Positions 47,681 to 57,020 of a stretch of 64,000 nt of DNA are shown here, one piece after another. The DNA comes from a virus. The stretch lies in the IMG/VR virus record IMGVR_UViG_3300032238_000599, positions 1 through 64,000 of that record; one strand, written 5' to 3'. The notes beneath the pieces are model-generated. The model saw nothing but the letters and a program-made list of their open reading frames with translations. It had not been told where the DNA came from and searched no databases. Both the position numbers and the translations under genes were made by a program. How positions within the stretch are numbered: position 1 is the first letter of the stretch; each line of letters opens with the position of its first letter.

Positions 47681-48685
47681 ATGAAAATTTCTGAATTATT
47701 AATTGAAAAAGAAACACCTGTTAAGGGAAAGACTGACTCAGGTAATCCTGCTGGTGCGGCTGTAATAGCAGGTGGTGCTGTTGCTGGCGGAGCAATGGCC
47801 TTAAGTAAAGAATCAATTGGTAAATTTATTAAGACTAGCCAACGTCGTTGGAAAGTTAAAAACAAGATGACCGAGCGCAAAGTCGCTCGTATGATGGAAA
47901 AGTGGGGAACAGGTACTGTATGGTTGTTCCGTATTCTAGGAATGACCACAGTTGTATACCAATGCTACAGTGATCTTGCTAATCTAGAAGAAGATTACGA
48001 ACGTGGTGATGAAGAATTCTTAAAGACTCAGGCTGCTTATGAAGCTTGCCGTGAGTATGTATTCGGTGTAGCCATTGCTCAATTTGCTGTACAGACAGTA
48101 CATTGGGTAGCAGGTGGACGTATTGCTATGTGGATCTTCCGTGTGATACGTTGGGTTACAGCTGGTGCTACTGCTGGATTTACTGCTGGAGCTTCCGTTG
48201 CGGCTCTAATTGCCACAGAAGCTATGTTTGTATGGTTTGAAACTTGGATCGGTAGTGAAGAAGGTAAGCGTTGGATCTCTGAAACATTCTTAGGTGGTAT
48301 CTTACGTAACTTTGGTAAGATTCCTGATGGTGCTATCAGCAAACTAACTGATCACTATAGTAAAGCTAACACTAAAAAAGATGCTAATGCCGAGAAAACT
48401 GGCAAGCCAACAGCAAAAGATGACAGTAGAGATCCAGATAAAAACGATCGTTATGTTGACGGTGTGCTAGTAACTAATCCAGACGGATCAATTATTCCAG
48501 GTATTGAATCTAATGTTCGTGTTAAAAACGCTATTACACAAGCGGCAAAAGATGGCAAACCTAATCCATTAACTGCAATACGTGACGAGCTAAAAGCAGA
48601 CCCTGCTAAGACTCAACAAACCGCTCCTAGTCAAGGAGCACCAAAGAGTGCAGATGACTTGAGTTCTTTCAAGTACAGTCTTTAA
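47681..48685 (+). CDS. hypothetical protein with Gly/Ala-rich hydrophobic helices, possible internal virion protein
   Basis: 334 aa, N-terminus MKISELLIE, GxxxG-rich segments. Confidence 0.7.
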   Translation: MKISELLIEKETPVKGKTDSGNPAGAAVIAGGAVAGGAMALSKESIGKFIKTSQRRWKVKNKMTERKVARMMEKWGTGTVWLFRILGMTTVVYQCYSDLANLEEDYERGDEEFLKTQAAYEACREYVFGVAIAQFAVQTVHWVAGGRIAMWIFRVIRWVTAGATAGFTAGASVAALIATEAMFVWFETWIGSEEGKRWISETFLGGILRNFGKIPDGAISKLTDHYSKANTKKDANAEKTGKPTAKDDSRDPDKNDRYVDGVLVTNPDGSIIPGIESNVRVKNAITQAAKDGKPNPLTAIRDELKADPAKTQQTAPSQGAPKSADDLSSFKYSL

Positions 48686-48912
48686 AGTAAAGCAATTCCA
48701 GATTTTTTAGTTAGATCAATATTGTCTTTGACAATTTCGTTGATGATTGTTCGATCTTCTGCAGAGTAAGTATAGAATAATTCATGTGCTGTAACACCTC
48801 CACGCATGTACCAGCTTAGTCTGAAGAACTCATCTTTTAATTCTTTAACTTCTTTTTCTAAACGATCAAAAAAGTTTTGCATGTCAGAGTTCGACAAGCG
48901 CATTATTCTCAT
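48682..48912 (-). CDS. baseplate hub assembly / tail chaperone (T4 gp51-like), possibly expressed by -1 frameshift
   Basis: 76 aa, WYMRGG, ER/DR-type helix, follows the gp26-like gene in the -1 frame. Confidence 0.6.
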   Translation of the reverse strand: MRIMRLSNSDMQNFFDRLEKEVKELKDEFFRLSWYMRGGVTAHELFYTYSAEDRTIINEIVKDNIDLTKKSGIALL

Positions 48913-49733
48913 ACGAAAAAATTTGATTGATCCAATGTAACAACAATGTCATCTTCGTGTTGACATTCTGTGCAGGTAACGTGTTGTTTTGGAATATCCC
49001 AAACAGATTTGTTTTCTTCTAGTTTAGATTTTACTTTAGCATACACAGAACGCTCGCAGTTGCGTAGCCATTCTTCAATAAACTGCTTTTCTGTAACTAC
49101 TGTGCCTGGCAAGTTTACACTTTCAATGCTGGTTAAAAACAGTTGTAACTGTATTTCGCTAAGTGTTTGATAGATTCCGTCAATGGCTTTTTGCTTTTCT
49201 TCGTCTGTGGCTAAGTCTTGTGTTTGATATAGCTGACGCTGTAGTTTAAAGTTTTCAACACTGAAATGTGTCATTTCTTCGTACTGTAAAGGACGAATCT
49301 TTAGGGTAACTTCATCATCGACTTCAACAGAATTAATGAATTTAATGCCATTAAAATAATCAAGTAGTGTGCCAAGACTAATAGTATATTCGTTTTCACT
49401 ACCACATTCTTTGCAGGTATGGGCAACACTTAGCTCAGGACCAAATGTAGCAGTACGAATTGCAATCATTAACGAGTCAACATCAATACTAGGAATAGTA
49501 CGTGCATTAGTAATAAATGGACAGCATGATTCAATTACTTTAGCAGTAGCTTCCCCGTTAAACAAGGCATCGGGAGTTTTATAAATGATCTCGTCCATAC
49601 CACTCATGGCAAAGATAGGTACATTATTGTAGTCGCCTTTTAGATTTCCGGGCTCGTAGAAAAGCCCTTTGCTGGGCAGGCTAATGTAGATTTTAGGCTG
49701 TCTAAAATACTTTTGTAATGGATTTGGTGTCAT
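48909..49733 (-). CDS. baseplate hub subunit (T4 gp26-like)
   Basis: LPSKG, D.D.L.IAIR..T.G, two CxxC pairs (CKEC, CTEC). Start revised to MTPNPL at 49733. Confidence 0.75.
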   Translation of the reverse strand: MTPNPLQKYFRQPKIYISLPSKGLFYEPGNLKGDYNNVPIFAMSGMDEIIYKTPDALFNGEATAKVIESCCPFITNARTIPSIDVDSLMIAIRTATFGPELSVAHTCKECGSENEYTISLGTLLDYFNGIKFINSVEVDDEVTLKIRPLQYEEMTHFSVENFKLQRQLYQTQDLATDEEKQKAIDGIYQTLSEIQLQLFLTSIESVNLPGTVVTEKQFIEEWLRNCERSVYAKVKSKLEENKSVWDIPKQHVTCTECQHEDDIVVTLDQSNFFV

Positions 49734-49743
49734 TTTTAGTCTC

Positions 49744-49774
49744 GATAAATATCTTACGTATATCAATATTTATA
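49744..49774. promoter_or_regulatory. face-to-face late promoters (GATAAATA on + at 49744-49751, TATAAATA on - at 49774-49767)
   Basis: Both motifs lie in the 66-bp gap between divergent genes. Confidence 0.65.
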
Positions 49775-49799
49775 TACGCAGATTTTAGGTGAAAAATTA

Positions 49800-52310
49800 A
49801 TGGCTGATTTTGATTATGATAAACTGTCGGAAGCGATAAAACGCGGTTCAGGCGGCGCAGGCGGCAATACTGTCAGTGCCGGTTATGCTGACTTATTTAA
49901 AAAGCTAGGAACCGATGTTAATCCTTTAAGTCTAGCACTTAAAGGTGCTGGTGAAGCCGCAGGAAAAGTCAAAGATGCCTATGATAAAGTTAGCCCAGTT
50001 GTACAAGAAAACTTAGATACATGGCGTAAGCTGAGTACTACAGGTGCGGCATTCAGCAACGATGTTGTAGGAATGAGCGTCGCAGCCGCAAGTACTCGAA
50101 TGAGTTTGTCTGAATTCGCTGATACTGTTGGTAAAAATGCCGCACAGTTAAGCGGCCTGGGCGGAAACGTTACTAGAGGTGCAGAAGCATTCTCTAGATT
50201 AAGTAAAGAAATGTTTGACAGTGGTGCCACTGACCAACTCAAACAAATGGGTTACACTACAAAAGAAATTAACGATGTTCTAGCTTTACAAGTTGGTTTC
50301 CAAGGTGCTACCCTAGCAAATAGTAAAGCCGCACAACAACAAGCACAACAGTCAGCCATTGAACTTGCCACCGAAATGGACGAGTTAGCCAAGCTAACTG
50401 GTAAGTCTCGTAAAGAACAAGAAGACTCAATGAAGAAAGCTGCCGCAGACATGCAGGCAGAAGCTAAACTTCGCTTGATGACCATGGGCAAGAGTGAAGA
50501 AGAAGCCGCGCAGATACGTGCAGAATACTTAAAAAATTATAACGAAGCTGAAGCTCGCGGTCAAGGACAAATGTTTAAAGAAGTCTTTGCTACTGGTACA
50601 GTTCAAAGTAAAGAAGCTTCGATGCAAGTTGCTTTACAAGGTAAATCAGCTGCCGCAACAGTAGCACAAGCTAGTGCAATATCAAAAGGAAATCTTGACG
50701 CGGCTCGACGCCACAATGAAGATGCTACTAGAGAAATGGGCAGGTTGAATAACAATACTGCTTACTTGTCTGTGGCCATGATGGGAACTGGTGAAGCATC
50801 AAAGAGTGTACAAAAAAGTATGCTTGATACTAGGACTGCATACAACAACGAAAAAGCTATTCGAGACGAATTATTAAAAGATGAAAAGAATAGAAATTTA
50901 AGTAAAGACGATTTAGAAAAGAAAGTACAAGCTACACTTAAAGAACGTGCAGGGCAAGCTCAAGCTGGTAAAAATGAAAAAGGTGAAGATGTTAGTGGAG
51001 CAACTCGAGCAGTTGTTCAACTAGGTAATCGTGTTGGAGATGTTAATAGTGCATTAATGAACGGATTAGTTACTCCATTAAACAAAACTGTTGGGCCTGC
51101 AATAGGAGAGTTTGCAGATAAACGATTAAAAGCTCAGACAAATGTAGTTGATCCAAAAACTGGCAAAGCTGAAAGAAGATCCTTTGCTAAAGATATTGAA
51201 CTCGAAGCCGAAGCAGGATTTAAAGCAGGGTTTGAAGGTAAGAAGCCAAGCGACACGTTACCTCCTGATTCAAGTAATCGACAGGGTTGGCGAGCAAATA
51301 TGGGAGCTCAAGGTGGAAAGTCAACACTTGGCGGCGCCGCAAACTCAATTGGTGAAGCATTAGGCTCAATTACAGCAAAAACTTTAAACATCACAGGCGA
51401 AGTTACTGGACTAAAAGCACACGCAGAAGGCGGCTACATCGGTAAACCTGAGATAGCACTTATCGGTGAGGCAGGTCCTGAGTTTGTATTAAACCAACCT
51501 CAAATGAAATCTTTAATTGAAGGTGTTGGGGATATAGGTAAACAATCAGGTGCTGGACTAATGCAAATGGGCAAAGACGTAACTGATTCTGGAAAATCAT
51601 CTAGCGTTAGCCTTTCTCAAATAAGCAAAGACATTAGTACAACATTTAGCGCCGTTGCTGGTGGCGGAGCCGGTGGTGGTGGAATGGATAAAGCGCAGGC
51701 AAAAATTGACGAAGCAATTCGATTAAAAGAACAAGCGCAAGAAAAGTTAAACAAATTATGGAATGAAGCAAGTGATGACGAACTAAATGAAAAACATGAA
51801 CAACTTGCTGAAGAATTAAAAGCCGCTAAAGAAAACTTAACTAAAGTAATTGACGAATCAATGTCAGACCTAGTTGGTAGCTTTGATGATTTTGGAGATG
51901 TATTTGAAGACAGTCCAATAGCAGACGCTGTTGAATCAGCTAGCCCAAAAGCAAATCCATTGGCTGGATTGGATACTAGCGGTATTGTGTTAGGACCAAA
52001 CGGTATGCCTATGCCCGGCAGCATCAAAGCCAAAGCCGCAACACTTGCCGCTGAACCAGCAAAGAACGAAACTGCCGCTGCCGCTGCCACAGCCGCTGAA
52101 GAAGAAAAGAAAAAGAAAGAAGCCGCTCAAAAGAAAGAAGAAAAGCCAGCTGGCTCTACTAAAGACGCTACTCTATCTGACGTAGTCAACAAGCTAGATT
52201 CGTTAAATAAGACTATGAACCGTCTACTGTCAACTAGCGAAGATTTGGGTAACAAGCAAGTTAAAGCTACTAAACAAGTTGCCGCAGCCGGTAACACTTT
52301 TGCTAGGTAA
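49800..52310 (+). CDS. tape measure-like protein
   Basis: Long Ala-rich helical protein with the HAEGG...GEAGPEFV motif, upstream of portal. Confidence 0.7.
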   Translation: MADFDYDKLSEAIKRGSGGAGGNTVSAGYADLFKKLGTDVNPLSLALKGAGEAAGKVKDAYDKVSPVVQENLDTWRKLSTTGAAFSNDVVGMSVAAASTRMSLSEFADTVGKNAAQLSGLGGNVTRGAEAFSRLSKEMFDSGATDQLKQMGYTTKEINDVLALQVGFQGATLANSKAAQQQAQQSAIELATEMDELAKLTGKSRKEQEDSMKKAAADMQAEAKLRLMTMGKSEEEAAQIRAEYLKNYNEAEARGQGQMFKEVFATGTVQSKEASMQVALQGKSAAATVAQASAISKGNLDAARRHNEDATREMGRLNNNTAYLSVAMMGTGEASKSVQKSMLDTRTAYNNEKAIRDELLKDEKNRNLSKDDLEKKVQATLKERAGQAQAGKNEKGEDVSGATRAVVQLGNRVGDVNSALMNGLVTPLNKTVGPAIGEFADKRLKAQTNVVDPKTGKAERRSFAKDIELEAEAGFKAGFEGKKPSDTLPPDSSNRQGWRANMGAQGGKSTLGGAANSIGEALGSITAKTLNITGEVTGLKAHAEGGYIGKPEIALIGEAGPEFVLNQPQMKSLIEGVGDIGKQSGAGLMQMGKDVTDSGKSSSVSLSQISKDISTTFSAVAGGGAGGGGMDKAQAKIDEAIRLKEQAQEKLNKLWNEASDDELNEKHEQLAEELKAAKENLTKVIDESMSDLVGSFDDFGDVFEDSPIADAVESASPKANPLAGLDTSGIVLGPNGMPMPGSIKAKAATLAAEPAKNETAAAAATAAEEEKKKKEAAQKKEEKPAGSTKDATLSDVVNKLDSLNKTMNRLLSTSEDLGNKQVKATKQVAAAGNTFAR

Positions 52311-52312
52311 TT

Positions 52313-54040
52313 ATGAGCTGGAAAAAATATTTTACACCGGTGCCAACTGGTCAACAATCTGCTACAGTAAGTCCGCTGTCTAATGCTAGCCGCGCAGGTC
52401 CAGCTAGAACAAACTACAGTTCGTACCTACCAGATATCTATACAGGCAGTCCAAATCGTGTTGAACGTTATATGCAATACGACACAATGGACGGAGATCC
52501 CGAAGTTAATGCCGCGCTAGATATTCTTGCAGAATTTTGCACACAACTAAACAAAGAAAACGGAGTTCCATTTGCAGTAAAATGGAAATCACAAGCTACT
52601 AACTCTGAAATTAAAATTCTAGGCGAGTACTTACAGCAGTGGACAAAGTTACAAAATTTTGAAACACGTATCTTCCGTATTATTAGAAACACTTTTAAAT
52701 ACGGTGACGGGTTTTTTATTCGAGATCCTGAGACACAAAAATGGTTTTACATTGATCCAGGTAAAATAGTTAAGATTATTGTTAACGAAAGTGAAGGTAA
52801 AAAACCTGAACAATACGTTATTAGAGACATTAATCCTAATTTTATGAATTTAGTTGTAACACAGATTACACCTAACACGACACAGACTAATAATCGAGGA
52901 ACTAGTTATGTAGCAGGCGGTGGCCTTGCACGTGGTATGACTGGAGCATATCCTACAGAATCTGGTTCAAGATTTAGCCAAGGCTTAAACGAAATGGCAA
53001 TTGATGCTAACCACGTAATCCATTTATCGTTAAGCGAAGGATTAGATAATAACTATCCTTTTGGTAATTCTCTGCTTGAAAACGTTTTTAAAGTTTACAA
53101 GCAAAAGGAACTATTAGAAGATGCAATCATTATATACCGTATTCAACGAGCGCCCGAACGCCGTATTTTCTATATCGACGTGGGCAATATGCCAAGCCAC
53201 CTCGCTATGGGCTTTGTGGAAAGAGTTAAAAACGAAATTCACCAACGCAGAATCCCAAGTCAAAACGGTGGCGGAACCAACGTCATTGATAGTGCTTACA
53301 ACCCGCTATCGATTAATGAGGACTACTTCTTCCCACAAACAGCAGAAGGTAGAGGTTCAAAGGTTGAAACACTTCCAGGTGGCACAAACTTAGGTGAAAT
53401 TGACGACTTAAAGTATTTTACAAATAAGTTGTTCCGTGGTTTAAGAATTCCAAGTAGCTATCTGCCAACAGGTGCAGATGATAGTCAAGCGCAGTATAAC
53501 GACGGGCGTGTTGGCACAGCATATATTCAAGAACTACGCTTTAACAAGTACTGCGAGCGTTTACAAAGTTTAATTTCTACAGTGTTTGATCAAGAATTTA
53601 AGATGTATTTGTACAGTAGAGGCGTTAACATTGATGCGGCCCTATTTGATCTTAAGTTTAATCCACCTATGAACTTTGCAAGTAGTCGACAAGCGGCTAT
53701 GGATACTGAAAGAATCAACACATTTAATACTGTTCAAGCAATACCTTACATTAGTAAACGCTTTGCTCTTAAACGTTATTTGGGTCTTACAGAAGAAGAA
53801 ATTGCAGAAAACGAACGCTTATGGGCACAAGAAAAAGGCGAAAACGTTCCTGAACATACAGATAGTGCAGGTGAATTACGCTCAGTTGGTTTAAGTATGG
53901 CTGGCATTCAAGCCGATGTGCAAGCCAGTGATGCAGAAGATGCACCAGAAGGAATGGAAACACCAGAAGGACAAGAAGGTGCTCCACCAGCCGCTCCAGC
54001 AGGTGCTCCGGTTACACCAGCAAGTCCACCTGCCGCATAA
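52313..54040 (+). CDS. gp20: portal protein (T4 gp20-like)
   Basis: LLEDAIIIYRIQRAPERRIFYIDVGNMP, EDYFFP, GSKVETLPGG.NLG. Confidence 0.95.
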   Translation: MSWKKYFTPVPTGQQSATVSPLSNASRAGPARTNYSSYLPDIYTGSPNRVERYMQYDTMDGDPEVNAALDILAEFCTQLNKENGVPFAVKWKSQATNSEIKILGEYLQQWTKLQNFETRIFRIIRNTFKYGDGFFIRDPETQKWFYIDPGKIVKIIVNESEGKKPEQYVIRDINPNFMNLVVTQITPNTTQTNNRGTSYVAGGGLARGMTGAYPTESGSRFSQGLNEMAIDANHVIHLSLSEGLDNNYPFGNSLLENVFKVYKQKELLEDAIIIYRIQRAPERRIFYIDVGNMPSHLAMGFVERVKNEIHQRRIPSQNGGGTNVIDSAYNPLSINEDYFFPQTAEGRGSKVETLPGGTNLGEIDDLKYFTNKLFRGLRIPSSYLPTGADDSQAQYNDGRVGTAYIQELRFNKYCERLQSLISTVFDQEFKMYLYSRGVNIDAALFDLKFNPPMNFASSRQAAMDTERINTFNTVQAIPYISKRFALKRYLGLTEEEIAENERLWAQEKGENVPEHTDSAGELRSVGLSMAGIQADVQASDAEDAPEGMETPEGQEGAPPAAPAGAPVTPASPPAA

Positions 54041-54043
54041 ATA
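54036..54043 (+). promoter_or_regulatory. late promoter CATAAATA
   Basis: Overlaps the portal stop codon, 7 nt before ATG 54051. Confidence 0.5.
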
Positions 54044-54050
54044 CACTACT

Positions 54051-54293
54051 ATGATCTTAAGAGAACTGTTTTATATTGATCCAGAAACTAAAAACATTGC
54101 TACAGATTTGAGATATAATCCGGGCAATGATCGTTCTATGTTTCGTAAACACGATACACGTAGAACACGCCTTACCTTAGGACAGATCAACGAATTAAGA
54201 AAAAGCAGTGAAGCTCACATTCTTGAACAAGAAGATGAGTTATCTTTTATTAACACTATGTACGGAGCAGAGCCTGCGGCGCCTCCGGCATAA
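54051..54293 (+). CDS. small head-cluster protein
   Basis: 80 aa starting MILRELF, TRRTRLTL motif, between portal and core genes. Start revised. Confidence 0.7.
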   Translation: MILRELFYIDPETKNIATDLRYNPGNDRSMFRKHDTRRTRLTLGQINELRKSSEAHILEQEDELSFINTMYGAEPAAPPA

Positions 54294-54399
54294 ATATCAC
54301 ACGCGGCAAAAAACGGTCGTTTTTTCGCCATTTCACGCTTAATATTACATTTATATGTAAATATAATTGACAGCCTTGCACAATTCACAGGAGACAAAC

Positions 54400-55266
54400 A
54401 TGACTGATCGCAACAAATTCGAGCAGATGCTTGAATATCTAATTAACGAAGATAAAGAAAAAGCCAAAGAAGTTTTTCACGATATCGTGGTAGCAAAATC
54501 ACGTGAAATCTATGAAAGCCTTCTAGCTGAGGACTTTGAGGATTCTGAGCTAGGAGAAGCCAGCGACGACGAAGAGGACATGGAAGAATCCATGGAAGAC
54601 GACGAAGTTGAAGAAGGTTTTGGTATGGAACTAGAAGCCGGACACGAAGAAGACGAAATGGGCGGTGACCCAACAGACGACCTAATGGGCGATGTTGAAA
54701 TGGGTGACGGCGAAGACGAATTCGGTGGTGATGAAGAAGGCGAAGAAGGTATTGAAGATCGTGTAATGGATCTAGAAGACGCACTAGACGAACTAAAAGC
54801 AGAATTTGAACAGCTAATGGCTGGCGAAGAAGGCGAAGAGCACATGGGCGGTGACGACATGGGCGGAGAAGAGCACGGTGAAGAAGAACACGAAGAAGAA
54901 AGCTACGGTTTTGAAGATATCGAAACAGAAAATTTTGAAGAAGGCCTAATGCGTGAATACGTAGAAAAAGTTGCCGCTCCATCACATGGCGACAACGGTG
55001 CTAATACAAAATCAATCGTAGCAGGTAAGAACGATATGGGCGGAACATCTGCTAATATCGCTAAGTCTTTCTCAACAGAGAAAGGCGGCACACAAGGCGG
55101 GTTATTAAACCCAACTACAAAACCACAAGACGGTGGAAACATCAATGTCCCAGGTGGTAAAGCTGGTAAAACAGCATTTAAAAAGCATGAACCAGGTCAT
55201 GGCGCCGAGAAAAAGGGCAAGGCCGAACAAGCTGATAACAAGAAAAGTATCGTAGGTTCAAAGTAA
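54400..55266 (+). CDS. acidic prohead core/scaffold-type protein
   Basis: AGGAG SD, extremely Glu/Asp-rich, immediately before the protease, TAAATA at 54291 and 54358. Confidence 0.7.
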   Translation: MTDRNKFEQMLEYLINEDKEKAKEVFHDIVVAKSREIYESLLAEDFEDSELGEASDDEEDMEESMEDDEVEEGFGMELEAGHEEDEMGGDPTDDLMGDVEMGDGEDEFGGDEEGEEGIEDRVMDLEDALDELKAEFEQLMAGEEGEEHMGGDDMGGEEHGEEEHEEESYGFEDIETENFEEGLMREYVEKVAAPSHGDNGANTKSIVAGKNDMGGTSANIAKSFSTEKGGTQGGLLNPTTKPQDGGNINVPGGKAGKTAFKKHEPGHGAEKKGKAEQADNKKSIVGSK

Positions 55267-55267
55267 G

Positions 55268-55900
55268 ATGAACTATCTTCGCGAACATTTGAGTTTCGAC
55301 CAAGCTGGAATTACCATCTCTGAATCGGAAGAGAGAGATGGTAAGAAGAGTTTGTACATGAATGGTATTTGCATTCAAGGCGGTATACGCAATGCAAACC
55401 AGCGTGTATATCCTGTACAGGAAATTGGGAAGGCTGTCAAAACCCTCAATGATCAGATTCAGGGTGGTTACTCAGTTTTAGGCGAAGTTGATCATCCAGA
55501 TGACCTAAGAATTAACCTGGATCGTGTGTCACATATGATAACGAATATGTGGATGGACGGTCCTAATGGTTACGGAAAAATGAAAATTCTACCAACTCCA
55601 ATGGGACAACTAGTTAAGTCTATGTTGGAAAGCGGAGTTAAGTTAGGAGTTTCAAGTCGTGGATCAGGAAACGTCCGTGAAGACGGAAGTGGAGAGGTAA
55701 GCGATTTTGAGATTATCACAGTTGATGTGGTAGCTCAGCCCAGTGCGCCTGGGGCATATCCTACAGCAATTTATGAACACCTGATGAACAGTCGTGGTGG
55801 CTATAATGCTCTACGCATAGCGAAGGAAGTTCAGGGTGATCCACAAGCGCAACGTTACATTAAAGAGAGCTTATTATCCGTAATAAGCAAGCTCCAATAA
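55268..55900 (+). CDS. gp21: prohead protease (T4 gp21-like)
   Basis: NANQRVYP, GEVDHP, GVSSRGSG, DVVAQPSAPGA. Confidence 0.93.
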   Translation: MNYLREHLSFDQAGITISESEERDGKKSLYMNGICIQGGIRNANQRVYPVQEIGKAVKTLNDQIQGGYSVLGEVDHPDDLRINLDRVSHMITNMWMDGPNGYGKMKILPTPMGQLVKSMLESGVKLGVSSRGSGNVREDGSGEVSDFEIITVDVVAQPSAPGAYPTAIYEHLMNSRGGYNALRIAKEVQGDPQAQRYIKESLLSVISKLQ

Positions 55901-55914
55901 CAAGGAGAATCACA

Positions 55915-57009
55915 ATGTTGGACGCATTAAAACCGTTATTAGAAAACAATGTGATTTCTGAGGAGATCAAAGTAGCTATTGAGTCAGCTTGGCAAGCGAA
56001 GATCGATGAGAATCGCCAACAAGTTACTCAACAACTACGTGAAGAATTTGCTCAACGTTACGAACACGATAAGCAAGTGATGGCAGAAGCTGTTGATCGC
56101 ATGATCACAGACCATCTATCAGTTGAAATCGCAGAATTTGAAGAAGATCGTAAACAACTAGCACAAGCTAAAGCCAAGTATGCAGTAAAAATGCACGAGG
56201 CTGGCGACGTAATGAAGCAATTTGTTACACGCCAATTAGCTAATGAAGTTCGTGAATTACACGAAGATCAGAAACAAATGGCTGACAAGTTCGGTAAACT
56301 TGAAGAATTCGTAGTTGAGGCTCTAGCTCAAGAAATTACTGAGTTCTACAAGGACAAAGCAGACTTAGCAGAAGCTAAAGTTCGTTTAGTTCGTGAAGGA
56401 CGTGAAGCACTAGCAAGTATGAAAGAAAAATTTGTACAACGTGCCGCTAAGATGGTCGAAGCAACAGTTGAACAAACTCTATCAAAAGAGATTGGACAGC
56501 TACGCGAAGATATCGAGACTGCTCGTCGTAATGACTTCGGTCGCAAGTTATTCGAAGCATTTGCTAATGAATATCAAACAAGTTATCTATCAGAGAAATC
56601 TGAAACTGCAAAATTGCTCAAGGTTATAAACTTGAAAGATCTAGAAATTGCCGAAGCGCAACACGCTGTCGTCGAGGCAAAGAAGATCGCAGAAAGCAAA
56701 CAAGCAGAAGCTCGTCAGCTTGCTGAAAGCATCGAGCGCCAGAAAATTATGAATGAATTGTTAGCTCCTTTGGCTAAAGACCAAAAGGCTATCATGACAG
56801 AATTGTTGGAAAGTGTACAGACTGGCAAACTACAAAATAGTTTTGACAAGTACCTACCCGCAGTAATCGAAGGCAAAACACCGCAGAAGAAACAGGCATT
56901 AGTAGAGGCTAAAGAAGTTACAGGCAATAAAACACAAACTAACAGCGTAAGTAGTAGCGAGATGGATAACATCATTGATATCCGCAAACTCGCTGGATTA
57001 AAAATTTAA
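55915..57009 (+). CDS. gp22: prohead core scaffold protein (T4 gp22-like)
   Basis: Coiled-coil protein between the protease and the major capsid protein. Confidence 0.8.
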   Translation: MLDALKPLLENNVISEEIKVAIESAWQAKIDENRQQVTQQLREEFAQRYEHDKQVMAEAVDRMITDHLSVEIAEFEEDRKQLAQAKAKYAVKMHEAGDVMKQFVTRQLANEVRELHEDQKQMADKFGKLEEFVVEALAQEITEFYKDKADLAEAKVRLVREGREALASMKEKFVQRAAKMVEATVEQTLSKEIGQLREDIETARRNDFGRKLFEAFANEYQTSYLSEKSETAKLLKVINLKDLEIAEAQHAVVEAKKIAESKQAEARQLAESIERQKIMNELLAPLAKDQKAIMTELLESVQTGKLQNSFDKYLPAVIEGKTPQKKQALVEAKEVTGNKTQTNSVSSSEMDNIIDIRKLAGLKI

Positions 57010-57020
57010 GGAGATTTTAA

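Noticed and set aside
47542-47949. 135-aa minus-strand ORF extending into the structured region
   Set aside because: Antisense shadow of the 47681 gene, with no SD or recognisable motif
54443-55145. Minus-strand ORFs (180, 116 and 80 aa) opposite the acidic core protein
   Set aside because: Artefacts of low-complexity GAA/GAC codons on the coding strand
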